Shown here: piece after piece, positions 38,901-50,300 of the stretch
Layout: each line of letters begins with the position of its first letter
Numbering within the stretch: the stretch's first letter is position 1
Origin: Eledone cirrhosa
Taxonomy: Eukaryota
Assembly: GCA_964016885.1 (NCBI GenBank)
Contig: OZ024742.1
Location: forward strand, 348,254,001-348,318,000
Length of the DNA stretch: 64,000 nucleotides
Direction of reading: 5' to 3'
The notes under the pieces: model-generated
What the model saw: the letters and a program-made list of their open reading frames with translations, nothing else
What the model was told of the DNA's origin: nothing
Databases searched by the model: none
Program-made: the position numbers and the translations under genes

Positions 38901-39946
38901 TAACAGTGGTGGTGGTGGTTTGGTGGTGTGATGGTAGTAACAGTGGTGGTGGTGGTTTGGTGGTGTGATGGTAGTAACAGTGGTGGTGGTGGTTTGGTGG
39001 TGTGATGGTATGGTGGTGGTGGTTTGGTGGTGTGATGGTATGGTGGTGGTGGTTTGGTGGTGTGATGGTAGTAACAGTGGTGATGGTGGTTTGGTGGTGT
39101 GATGGTAGTAACAGTGGTGGTGGTGGTTTGGTGGTGTGATGGTAGTAACAGTGGTGGTGGTGGTTTGGTGGTGTGATGGTATGGTGGTGGTGGTTTGGTG
39201 GTGTGATGGTAGTAACAGTGGTGGTGGTGGTTTGGTGGTGTGAAGGTATGGTGGTGGTGGTTTGGTGGTGTGATGGTAGTAACAGTGGTGGTGGTGGTTT
39301 GGTGGTGTGATGGTAGTAACAGTGGTGGTGGTGGTTTGGTGGTGTGATGGTAGTAACAGTGGTGGTGGTGGTTTGGTGGTGTGATGGTATGGTGGTGGTG
39401 GTTTGGTGGTGTGATGGTAGTAACAGTGGTGGTTTGGTGGTGTGATGGTATGGTGGTTTGGTGGTGTGATGGTATGGTGGTGGTAGTTTGGTGGTGTGAT
39501 GGTAGTAACAGTGGTAGTGGTGGTTTGGTGGTGTGATGGTATGGTGGTGGTGGTTTGGTGGTGTGATGGTGGCGGTGGTTTGGTGGTGTGATGGTATGGT
39601 GGTGGTGGTTTGGTGGTGTGATGGTATGGTGGTGGTGGTTTGGTGGTGTGATGGTATGGTGGTGGTGGTTTGGTGGTGTGATGGTATGGTGGTGGTGGTT
39701 TGGTGGTGTGATGGTAGTAACAGTGGTGGTGGTGTGGTGGTGTGATGGTAGTAACAGTGGTGGTGGTGGTTTGGTGGTGTGATGGTATGGTGGTGGTGGT
39801 TTGGTGGTGTGATGGTAGTAACAGTGGTGGTGGTGGTTTGGTGGTGTGATGGTAGTAACAGTGGTGGTGGTGGTTTGGTGGTGTGATGGTATGGTGGTGG
39901 TGGTTTGGTGGTGTGATGGTAGTAACAGTGGTGGTGGTGTGGTGGT
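35940..39946. repeat. G-rich minisatellite (GGTGTGATGGTAGTAACAGT(GGT)n), about 4 kb
   Basis: Variable unit of about 23-40 bp; identical ORFs at 36846 and 37960 show a duplication offset by 1114 bp. Confidence 0.95.
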
Positions 39947-40134
39947 TATTATTGTCTAAAAGTTATTCAATGAATCCCTTTAAATGTTCCCACTTTAAAT
40001 GTGAAAAATATAGTCATCAAAATAGCATTGATTTAATTATGTTAATTAAATTAAGACATTAACGAGAATGTTTCTGTGTAGTAAAAGGTAATTATAATTT
40101 CTCATTCTATACATGGTGAGTTGTGATAAACATT

Positions 40135-40512
40135 AGAGAGGGAGAGGGAGAGGGAGAGAGGGGGAGAGTAGGGAGAGATAGAGAGGGAGAGATAGGGAGG
40201 GGGAGAGGGAGAGATAGAGAGGAGAGATAGAGGGAGAGATAGAGAGGAGAGATAGAGAGGAGAGATAGAGAGGAGAGATAGAGAGGAGAGATAGAGAGAG
40301 AGATAGAGGGAGAGGGAGAAAGGGGAGATAGAGGGAGAGATAGAGAGGAGAGATAGAGAGGGAGATAGAGAGGGAGAGATAAAGAGGGAGAGGGAGAGAT
40401 AGAGGAGGAGAGATAGAGGAGGAGAGATAGAGAGGTGAGATAAAGGGAGAGATAGAGGGAGATATAGAGGAGAGATAGAGAGGGAGAGGGAGAGGGAGAG
40501 ATAGAGAGGAAG
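40135..40512. repeat. Polypurine (GA-rich) tract
   Basis: AGAGGGAG/AGATAG repeats. Confidence 0.9.
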
Positions 40513-40975
40513 AATTGACCCCACTGTGTGTCTGTGTGTGTGCATATGTGTGTTTGCCTCTCTCTGTGTCTGTGTGTGTCTATATGTATGTGTTTGTGTG
40601 TTATTTCTAATACATGAAACTCTATATTTCTACTATTTCACCAGTTTAATGAGAAAGTTAGTTATATTATTAAATCCTTCTAAATTCTTCACTATTTTCA
40701 AAATTATTAAAAAAAACCCATTGGCTGTGACTTTAATTAGAAATATAACAAAAGGGTTAAATTGTTTATATTTATTTAAAATCTTTCATCATAATTTTAT
40801 GTAAGAACCTTTGTTAAGTTCTGATCCAAACACCAGCATAATAATGAGAAAGTTAGTTATATTATAATTACTAAATCTCTCTGAATTCTTGACTATTTTC
40901 CAAATGATTTCATTAGAAATATGGTAAGATAAGGTTTAAGGAACACTGTTAACTAAACTCTTGTATCTTTTATAG

Positions 40976-41058
40976 GTTCGTATGAAAGAAGTTTATGAAA
41001 CACCGACTTGTTTATATATGATTCTTGAATATGCTGTTGGTGGAGAGCTTTTCGACAG
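40976..41058 (+). CDS. CAMK4: CaMK4-like kinase, exon C (hinge, GGELFD motif)
   Basis: ttgtatcttttatAG| ... |GTaaga; 83 nt, phase 0 to 2. VRMKEVYETPTCLYMILEYAVGGELFD(R), a hallmark of the CAMK group. Confidence 0.93.
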
Positions 41059-41491
41059 GTAAGACTGCTTAATATTGATATTCAACATTCTAACATCAGG
41101 TGATACTATCATGATGTGACTGGGACCCCTGTGATAAAACAACTGAGAAAATTGCTATGTGATACAAGCTCGTAGAAGGCTATCTGAACCTGCACAGGTA
41201 TGAACTGTGTTTGGCTTAGTGTTGGACTCATAAACATAAGGTCATGGGTTCAATTCTAGGACTGGATGGCACATTGTCTTCTTAAGTAAGATGATCCATT
41301 TCAAATTGTTTTATGATGGGACTGGGGCCCCTATCATTAAAACACCCTAGAAACTGTCAATGAAATACAACCTGTACAGGTGTGAGCTGTAAATTTAATT
41401 TAATTTCATATTATTTCAGGTGATATAATCCAGACAAACACCTTTGATTATATGGAGTGGCAAAACACAAAGTTTCACAAGCAGAGCTATT

Positions 41492-42112
41492 GTGAGGCTA
41501 ACCCTTGGCTCATCTTCCCATTTGTAACAGCACAGTATGTGCAGGTGGTGAGTGGTGGAGGGTGTGGCTAAACCTTGGCTCATCTTCCCATTTGTGGAAG
41601 CACAGTTTGTGCAGGTGGTGAGCGTAGAGGGTGAGGCTAAACCTTGGCTCATCTTCCCATTTGTAACAGCACAGTTTGTGCAGGTGGTAAGCGTAGAGGG
41701 TGAGGCTAAACCTTGGCTCATCTTCCCATTTGTAACAGCACAGTTTGTGCAATTGGTGAGCGTGGAGGGTGAGGCTAAACCTTGGCTCATCTTCCCATTT
41801 GTAACAGCACAGTTTGTGCAATTGGTGAGCGTGGAGGGTGAGGCTAAACCTTAGCTCATCTTCCCATTTGTAACAGCACAGTATGTGCAGGTAGTGAGCG
41901 TGGATAGTGAGAGGCTAAACCTTGGCTCATCTTCCCATTTGTGGAAGCACAGTACAGGCAGGTGGTGAGCATGGAGGGTGAGGCTAAACCTTGGCTCATC
42001 TCCCATTTGTGGAAGCACATTATGTGCAGGTGGTGAGCGTGGAGGGTGAGGCTAAACCTTGGCTCATCTTCCCATTTGTGGAAGCACAGTACGGGCAGGT
42101 GGTGAGCATGGA
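41492..42112. repeat. 69-bp minisatellite, about 9 copies
   Basis: CCTTGG at 41642, 41711 and 41780 (period 69); unit GAGGCTAAACCTTGGCTCATCTTCCCATTTGTAACAGCACAGTTTGTGCAGGTGGTGAGCGTGGAGGGT. Confidence 0.93.
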
Positions 42113-42214
42113 AGTAACATGAAATAATATGTACTTTGGTTTTGAGGAGTCATCAGGACTTGCATCTAAGTACATATTATTTCATGTTACTTCCATGCTC
42201 ACCATCTGCCCGTA
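42090..42214. other. 47-bp inverted repeat (hairpin) with a 31-nt loop
   Basis: Arms 42090-42136 and 42168-42214; 46/47 Watson-Crick pairs plus one G-U in the sense RNA. Confidence 0.93.
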
Positions 42215-42625
42215 GATGACAGTCAACTTGATACACAAAGAGAAGCTATTATAAAAGTGCATTTCATAGGTTTCTTGAGTGTTTTAATGATAGGGACCTT
42301 CAGTCCTATTATGTCACATCATCATTTTTCTAGTGACAGAAGCCAGGATTTCAACTTGAAATACACAGAACCATCCAATATTCTAACATTTTCACTAATC
42401 CTTTACCCTAGCGTGGGGCTATATTTGTTGACTCTGAAAGAATTAAAGGCAAAATTGACCTCAGCAAGGCTATATTAAACATATGGCTTACTAAAGGTTG
42501 TCAGTAGGGTGAAAGATTGAAGTATCAGAGAGAGCCCAAAATATCTGAAAACCATGGGTTAATACAGCCATGTCTGTGTATATCTATCTTCTTATGATGC
42601 TTTATCTATCTTCCCTGGGCAGGGT

Positions 42626-42813
42626 GATCTCCACAAGGGCTAGAGATCTCCACAAAGGCTAGAGATCTCCACAAGGGCTAGAGATCTCCACAAGGGCTAG
42701 AGATCTCCACAAGGACTAGAGATCTCCACAAGGGCTAGGGATCTCCACAAGGGCTGGGGATTTCCACAAGGGCTAGAGATCTCCACAAGGGCTGGGGATC
42801 TTTACAAGGGCTA
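42626..42813. repeat. 19-bp minisatellite, about 10 copies
   Basis: GATCTCCACAAGGGCTAGA. Confidence 0.9.
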
Positions 42814-43188
42814 CAGGCCATGCAGGGACTTGATGTCCATCAATTTGTTAATGCTGTAGTGGGGTGAAAAACTGAAATGCCTCCTGGTGGTGATGGTGGG
42901 TGATGGCTTGACTTTAGATAGGGACCCCACAATATTTAAAGAACCTCAATTTATTATCAACCATAATAATATGCCATGTGAATTTATATATTTATTTATA
43001 AATATATCTGTCTGTAACACTTTGAAATGTGTGTGTGCACACATGCACACACACACATGCACACACACACATCCACACACACACATGCACACACACACAG
43101 GCACACATACACACATACACACTGATACACATGCACGCATGCACACACGCATGCACACTCATACACATGCACGCATGCACATACACTT

Positions 43189-43227
<39 letters not shown>

Positions 43228-43503
43228 TGCACACACACACATGCACACACACACATGCACACATAAAAACACGTATGCACACATGCATGCATACACACAC
43301 ACATGCATGCATGCACACACAGACACACACACACTATTTACAGGTAGGAATTGAAATCAGATCTCTGACATCACTCCACATTTCTCACAACACAGTAAAT
43401 ATTGACCAATTATAATAATACATCATGTGTATTTGTATATATATTTATAAATATTATCTCTGTAACCTTTTATAAAAAACATTGTGTTAATGTATGTATA
43501 TCT

Positions 43504-43714
43504 TTAACCTTTTAGCATTTACATTACTCTATATATACTATTGTATTTTCAAGGTAATTACCTCACATAATATTGAATCTATGAGATTTTAATATTATTT
43601 ATTTTGGGAACAATACCTTAACATCAGTATGAGTAGCTGGTTACAGCCAGTTTGAACGGAAAGAAGTGAGAGAATTCTGGCTGGATATGGCTGATTTAGA
43701 TGCTAAAGTGTTAA
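43504..43714. mobile_element. piggyBac-like MITE (TTAA target, short TIRs)
   Basis: TTAAccttttagcattta ... tagatgctaaagtgTTAA; a related end aatgcttaagggTTAA at 10153-10168. Confidence 0.65.
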
Positions 43715-43899
43715 TCAATTCCATATGTCAGTAACCAACATAAACTAAAGGGTTTCTCTTATGCAAACTATAAAGTGCCAATGTGCCAGTTTACATGTTT
43801 GTTCATATATCCAGTAATCCTGGTATATATGGCAGGGTATACCTATCCTGGATCTAAGAATTAAATATGTTCAAAGCTATTGCCATAATTATTGATGGG

Positions 43900-44176
43900 T
43901 GATGACATTTACAGACAAGAACCCTGGTGACCCTACAACTTTTAATGACTGAAACCCTGGCGGCCCTGATAATATTTATAGACAGGTACTCTGGGGGCCC
44001 TGATGACATTTATAGACAGGGACCTAATGACATTTACAAACAGGGATCCTGGTGACATTTACAAACAGGGACCCTGGTGACATTTACAAAAAAGAACCCT
44101 AATGTCATTTACAGACGAGGAGCTTAATGACATTTACAGACAGGGAGCTTAATGACATTATCAAACAAGGACCCTG
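43900..44176. repeat. Degenerate ~25-30-bp tandem repeat just upstream of exon D
   Basis: Recurring tgacatttacagacagggaccct. Confidence 0.7.
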
Positions 44177-44237
44177 TGCAACTTTAATTCCCTTCTGCTC
44201 TCTTGCTAATATATATATATATCTTCTATATTGACAG

Positions 44238-44310
44238 AATTGTTGACAGAGGTTCTTATTCAGAAAAGGATGCTGCCAATGTATTTCGACAGATACTCAC
44301 AGGACTTGAG
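44238..44310 (+). CDS. CAMK4: CaMK4-like kinase, exon D (alphaD-alphaE)
   Basis: cttctatattgacAG| ... CTTGAG|GTaaag; 73 nt, phase 2 to 0. (R)IVDRGSYSEKDAANVFRQILTGLE. The next exon (YLH..HRDLKPEN) must lie beyond the window. Confidence 0.92.
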
Positions 44311-47300
44311 GTAAAGCTATAGTTTATAACTTCCTCTACTAGTCCCTTCCTCTCCCTTAACGTAAAGCTATAGTTTATAACTTCCTCTACTAGTCCCTTC
44401 CTCTCCCTTGAGGTAAAGCTATAGTTTATAACTTCCTCTACTAGGCCCTTCCTCTCCCTTGAAGTAAAGCTATAGTTTATAACTTCCTCTACTAGTCCCT
44501 TCCTGTCCCTTAAGGTAAAGCTATAGTTTATCACTTCTTCTACTAGTCCCTTCCTCTCCCTTGAGATAAAGCTATAGTTTATAACTTCCTCTACTAGTTC
44601 CTTCCTCTCCCTTGAGATAAAGCTATAGTTTATAACTTCCTCTAATAGTCCCTTCCTCTCCCTTAAGGAGAAGCTATAGTTTATAACTTCCTCTACTAGT
44701 CCCTTCCTCTCCTTTAAGGTAAAGCTATAGTTTATAACTTCCTTTACTAGTCCCTTCCTGTCCCTTAAGGTAAAGCTATAGTTTATAACTTCCTCTACTA
44801 GTCCCTTCCTCTCCCTTGAGATAAAGCTATAGTTTATAACTTCCTTTACTAGTCCCTTCCTGTCCCTTAAGGTAAAGCTATAGTTTATAACTTCCTCTAC
44901 TAGTCCCTTCCTCTCCCTTGAGATAAAGCTATAGTTTATAACTTCCTCTACTAGTCCCTTCCTCTCCCTTGAGTTAAAGCTATAGTTTATAACTTCCTCT
45001 ACTAGTCCCTTCCTCTCCCTTAAGATAAAGCTATAATTTATAACTTCCCCTCCTAGTCCCTTCCTCTCCCTTGAGTTAAAGCTATAGTTTATAACTTCCT
45101 CTTCTAGTCCCTTCCTCTCCCTTGAGGTAAAGCTATAGTTTATAACTTCCTCTACTAATCCCTTCCTCTCCCTTGAGATAAAGCTATAGTTTATAACTTC
45201 CTCTACTAGTCAATTCCTCTCCCTTGAGGGAAAGCTATAGTTTATAACTTCCTCTACTAGTCCCTTCCTCTCCCTTGAGATAAAGCTATAGTTTATAACT
45301 TCCTCTCCTAGTCCCTTCCTCTCCCTTAAGATAAAGCTATAGTTTATAACTTCCTCTACTAGTCCCTTCCTCTCCCTTGAGTTAAAGCTATAGTTTATAA
45401 CTTCCTCTACTAGTCCCTTCCTCTCCCTTAAGATAAAGCTATAGTTTATAACTTCCTCTACTAGTCCCTTCCTCTCCCTTAAGGCAAAGCTATAGTTTAT
45501 AACTTCCTCTACTAGTCCCTTCCTCTCCCTTGAGGTAAAGCTATAGTTTATAACTTCCTCTACTAGGCCCTTCCTCTCCCTTGAAGTAAAGCTATAGTTT
45601 ATAACTTCCTCTACTAGTCCCTTCCTGTCCCTTAAGGTAAAGCTATAGTTTATCACTTCTTCTACTAGTCCCTTCCTCTCCCTTGAGATAAAGCTATAGT
45701 TTATAACTTCCTCTACTAGTTCCTTCCTCTCCCTTGAGATAAAGCTATAGTTTATAACTTCCTCTAATAGTCCCTTCCTCTCCCTTAAGGAGAAACTATA
45801 GTTTATAACTTCCTCTACTAGTCCCTTCCTCTCCTTTAAGGTAAAGCTATAGTTTATAACTTCCTTTACTAGTCCATTCCTGTCCCTTAAGGTAAAGCTA
45901 TAGTTTATAACTTCCTCTCCTAGTCCCTTCCTCTCCCTTAAGATAAAGCTATAGTTTATAACTTCCTCTACTAGTCCCTTCCTCTCCCTTGAGTTAAAGC
46001 TATAGTTTATAACTTCATCTACTAGTCCCTTCCTCTCCCTTAAGATAAAGCTATAGTTTATAACTTCCTCTACTAGTCCCTTCCTCTCCCTTAAGGCAAA
46101 GCTATAGTTTATAACTTCCTCTACTAGTCCCTTCCTCTCTCTTGAGGTAAAGCTATAGTTTATAACTTCCTCTACTAGGCCCTTCCTCTCCCTTGAAGTA
46201 AAGCTATAGTTTATAACTTCCTCTACTAGTCCCTTCCTGTCCCTTAAGGTAAAGCTATAGTTTATCACTTCTTCTACTAGTCCCTTCCTCTCCCTTGAGA
46301 TAAAGCTATAGTTTATAACTTCCTCTACTAGTTCCTTCCTCTCCCTTGAGATAAAGCTATAGTTCATAACTTCCTCTAATAGTCCCTTCCTCTCCCTTAA
46401 GGAGAAACTATAGTTTATAACTTCCTCTACTAGTCCCTTCCTCTCCTTTAAGGTAAAGCTATAGTTTATAACTTCCTTTACTAGTCCCTTTCTGTCCCTT
46501 AAGGTAAAGCTATAGTTTATAACTTCCTCTACTAGTCCCTTCCTCTCCCTTGAGATAAAGCTATAGTTTATAACTTCCTTTACTAGTCCCTTCCTGTCCC
46601 TTAAGGTAAAGCTATAGTTTATAACTTCCTCTACTAGTCCCTTCCTCTCCCTTGAGATAAAGCTATAGTTTATAACTTCCTCTACTAGTCCATTCCTCTC
46701 CCTTGAGGGAAAGCTATAGTTTATAACTTCCTCTACTACTCCCTTCCTCTCCCTTGAGTTAAAGCTATAGTTTATAACTTCCTCTACTAGTCCCTCCCTG
46801 TCCCTTAAGGTAAAGCTATAGTTTATAACTTCCTCTACTAGTCTCTTCCTCTCCCTTGAGATAAAGCTATAGTTTATAACTTCCTCTACTAGTCCCTTCC
46901 TGTCCCTTAAGGTAAAGCTATAGTTTATCACTTCTTCTACTAGTCCCTTCCTCTCCCTTGAGATAAAGCTATAGTTTATAACTTCCTCTACTAGTTCCTT
47001 CCTCTCCCTTGAGATAAAGCTATAGTTCATAACTTCCTCTAATAGTCCCTTCCTCTCCCTTAAGGAGAAACTATAGTTTATAACTTCCTCTACTAGTCCC
47101 TTCCTCTCCCTTGAGATAAAGCTATAGTTTATAACTTCCTCTCCTAGTCCCTTCCTCTCCCTTAAGATAAAGCTATAGTTTATAACTTCCTCTACTAGTC
47201 CCTTCCTCTCCCTTGAGTTAAAGCTATAGTTTATAACTTCCTCTACTAGTCCCTTCCTCTCCCTTAAGATAAAGCTATAGTTTATAACTTCCTCTACTAG

Positions 47301-50300
47301 TCCCTTCCTCTCCCTTAAGGCAAAGCTATAGTTTATAACTTCCTCTACTAGTCCCTTCCTCTCCATTAAGATAAAGCTATAATTTATAACTTCCTCTCCT
47401 AGTCCCTTCCTCTCCCTTGAATTAAAGCTATAGTTTATAACTTCCTCTTCTAGTCCCTTCCTCTCCCTTGAGGTAAAGCTATACTTTATAACTTCCTCTA
47501 CTAGTCCCTTCCTCTCCCTTGAGGTAAAGCTATAGTTTATAACTTCCTCTACTAGTCCCTTCCTCTCCCTTGAGGTAAAGCTATAGTTTATAACTTCCTC
47601 TACTAGTCCCTTCCTCTCCCTTGAGTTAAAGCTATAGTTTATAACTTCCTCTACTAGTCCCTTCCTCTCCCTTGAGGTAAAGCTATAGTTTATAACTTCC
47701 TCTACTAGTCCCTTCCTCTCCCTTGAGTTAAAGCTATAGTTTATAACTTCCTCTACTAGTCCCTCCCTGTCCCTTAAGGTAAAGCTATAGTTTATAACTT
47801 CCTCTACTAGTCCCTTCCTCTCCCTTGAGGTAAAGCTATAGTTTATAACTTCCTCTACTAGTCCCTTCCTCTCCCTTAAGGTAAAGCTATAGTTTATAAA
47901 TTCCCCTACTACTCCCTTCATCTCCCTTGAGGTAAAGCTATAGTCTATAACTTCCTCTACTAGTCCCTTCCTCTCCCTTAAGGTAAAGCTATAGTCTATA
48001 ACTTCCTCTACTAGTCCCTTCCTCTCCCTTAAGGTAAAGCTATAGTTTATAACTTGCTCTACTAGTCCCTTCCTCTCCCTTAAGGTAAAGCTATAGTTTA
48101 TAAATTCCTCTACTAGTCCCTTCCGCTCCCTTGACATAAAGCTATAGTTTATAACTTCCTCTACTAGTCCCTTCCTCTCCCTTGACATAAAGCTATAGTT
48201 TATAACTTCCTCTACTAGTCCCTTCCTCTCCCTTGACATAAAGCTATAGTTTATAACTTCCTCTACTAGTCCCTTTCTCTCCCTTGAGGTAAAGCTACAC
48301 TTTATAACTTCCTCTACTAGTCCCTTCCTCTCCCTTGAGATAAAGCTATAGTTTATAACTTCCTCTACTAATCCCTTCCTCTCCCTTAAGGCAAAGCTAT
48401 AATTTATAACTTCCTCTACTAGGCCCTTCCTCTCCCTTGAAGTAAAGCTATAGTTTATAACTTCCTCTACTAGTCCCTTCCTGTCCCTTAAGGTAAAGCT
48501 ATAGTTTATCACTTCTTCTACTAGTCCCTTCCTCTCCCTTGAGATAAAGCTATAGTTTATAACTTCCTCTACTAGTTCCTTCCTCTCCCTTGAGATAAAG
48601 CTATAGTTTATAACTTCCTCTAATAGTCCCTTCCTCTCCCTTAAGGAGAAACTATAGTTTATAACTTCCTCTACTAGTCCCTTCCTCTCCTTTAAGGTAA
48701 AGCTATAGTTTATAACTTCCTTTACTAGTCCCTTCCTGTCCCTTAAGGTAAAGCTATAGTTTATAACTTCCTCTCCTAGTCCCTTCCTCTCCCTTAAGAT
48801 AAAACTATAGTTTATAACTTCCTCTACTAGGCCCTTCCTCTCCCTTGAATTAAAGCTATAGTTTATAACTTCCTCTTCTAGTCCCTTCCTCTCCCTTGAG
48901 GTAAAGCTATACTTTATAACTTCCTCTACTAGTCCCTTCCTCGCCCTTGAGGTAAAGCTATAGTTTATAACTTCCTCTACTAGTCCCTTCCTCTCCCTTG
49001 AGGTAAAGCTATAGTTTATAACTTCCTCTACTAGTCCCTTCCTCTCCCTTGAGTTAAAGCTATAGTTTATAACTTCCTCTACTAGTCCCTTCCTCTCCCT
49101 TGAGGTAAAGCTATAGTTTATAACTTCCTCTACTAGTCCCTTCCTCTCCCTTGAGTTAAAGCTATAGTTTATAACTTCCTCTACTAGTCCCTCCCTGTCC
49201 CTTAAGGTAAAGCTATAGTTTATAACTTCCTCTACTAGTCCCTTCCTCTCCCTTGAGGTAAAGCTATAGTTTATAACTTCCTCTACTAGTCCCTTCCTCT
49301 CCCTTAAGGTAAAGCTATAGTTTATAAATTCCCCTACTACTCCCTTCATCTCCCTTGAGGTAAAGCTATAGTCTATAACTTCCTCTACTAGTCCCTTCCT
49401 CTCCCTTAAGGTAAAGCTATAGTCTATAACTTCCTCTACTAGTCCCTTCCTCTCCCTTAAGGTAAAGCTATAGTTTATAACTTGCTCTACTAGTCCCTTC
49501 CTCTCCCTTAAGGTAAAGCTATAGTTTATAAATTCCTCTACTAGTCCCTTCCGCTCCCTTGACATAAAGCTATAGTTTATAACTTCCTCTACTAGTCCCT
49601 TCCTCTCCCTTGACATAAAGCTATAGTTTATAACTTCCTCTACTAGTCCCTTCCTCTCCCTTGACATAAAGCTATAGTTTATAACTTCCTCTACTAGTCC
49701 CTTTCTCTCCCTTGAGGTAAAGCTACACTTTATAACTTCCTCTACTAGTCCCTTCCTCTCCCTTGACATAAAGCTATAGTTTATAACTTCCTCTACTAGT
49801 CCCTTCCTCTCCCTTGAGATAAAGCTATAGTTTATAACTTCCTCTACTAATCCCTTCCTCTCCCTTAAGGCAAAGCTATATTTTATAACTTCTTCTACTA
49901 GTCCATTCCTCTCCCTTGAGGGAAAGCTATAGTTTATAACTTCCTCTACTAGTCCCTTCCTCTCCCTTGAGTTAAAGCTATAGTTTATAACTTCCTCTAC
50001 TAGTTCCTTCCTCTCCCTTAAGATAAAGCTATAGTTTATAACTTCCTCTACTAGTCCCTTCCTCTCCCTTAAGGCAAAGCTATAGTTTATAACTTCCTCT
50101 ACTAGTCCCTTCCTCTCCATTAAGATAAAGCTATAATTTATAACTTCCTCTACTAGGCCCTTCCTCTCCCTTGAAGTAAAGCTATAGTTTATAACTTCCT
50201 CTACTAGTCCCTTCCTGTCCCTTAAGGTAAAGCTATAGTTTATCACTTCTTCTACTAGTCCCTTCCTCTCCCTTGAGATAAAGCTATAGTTTATAACTTC

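Noticed and set aside
35940-39946. Telomeric repeat array
   Set aside because: No TTAGGG/TTAGG units; it is a (GGT)n-based minisatellite.
41416-41854. 23-aa repeat ORFs (MSQGLASPSTLTTCTNCAVTNGK)
   Set aside because: By-product of the 69-bp minisatellite; open in several frames and broken by indels.
42137-42167. CTGATGA (minus strand) in the hairpin loop as a ribozyme core
   Set aside because: Followed by CAAAA rather than GAAA, with no supporting stems.
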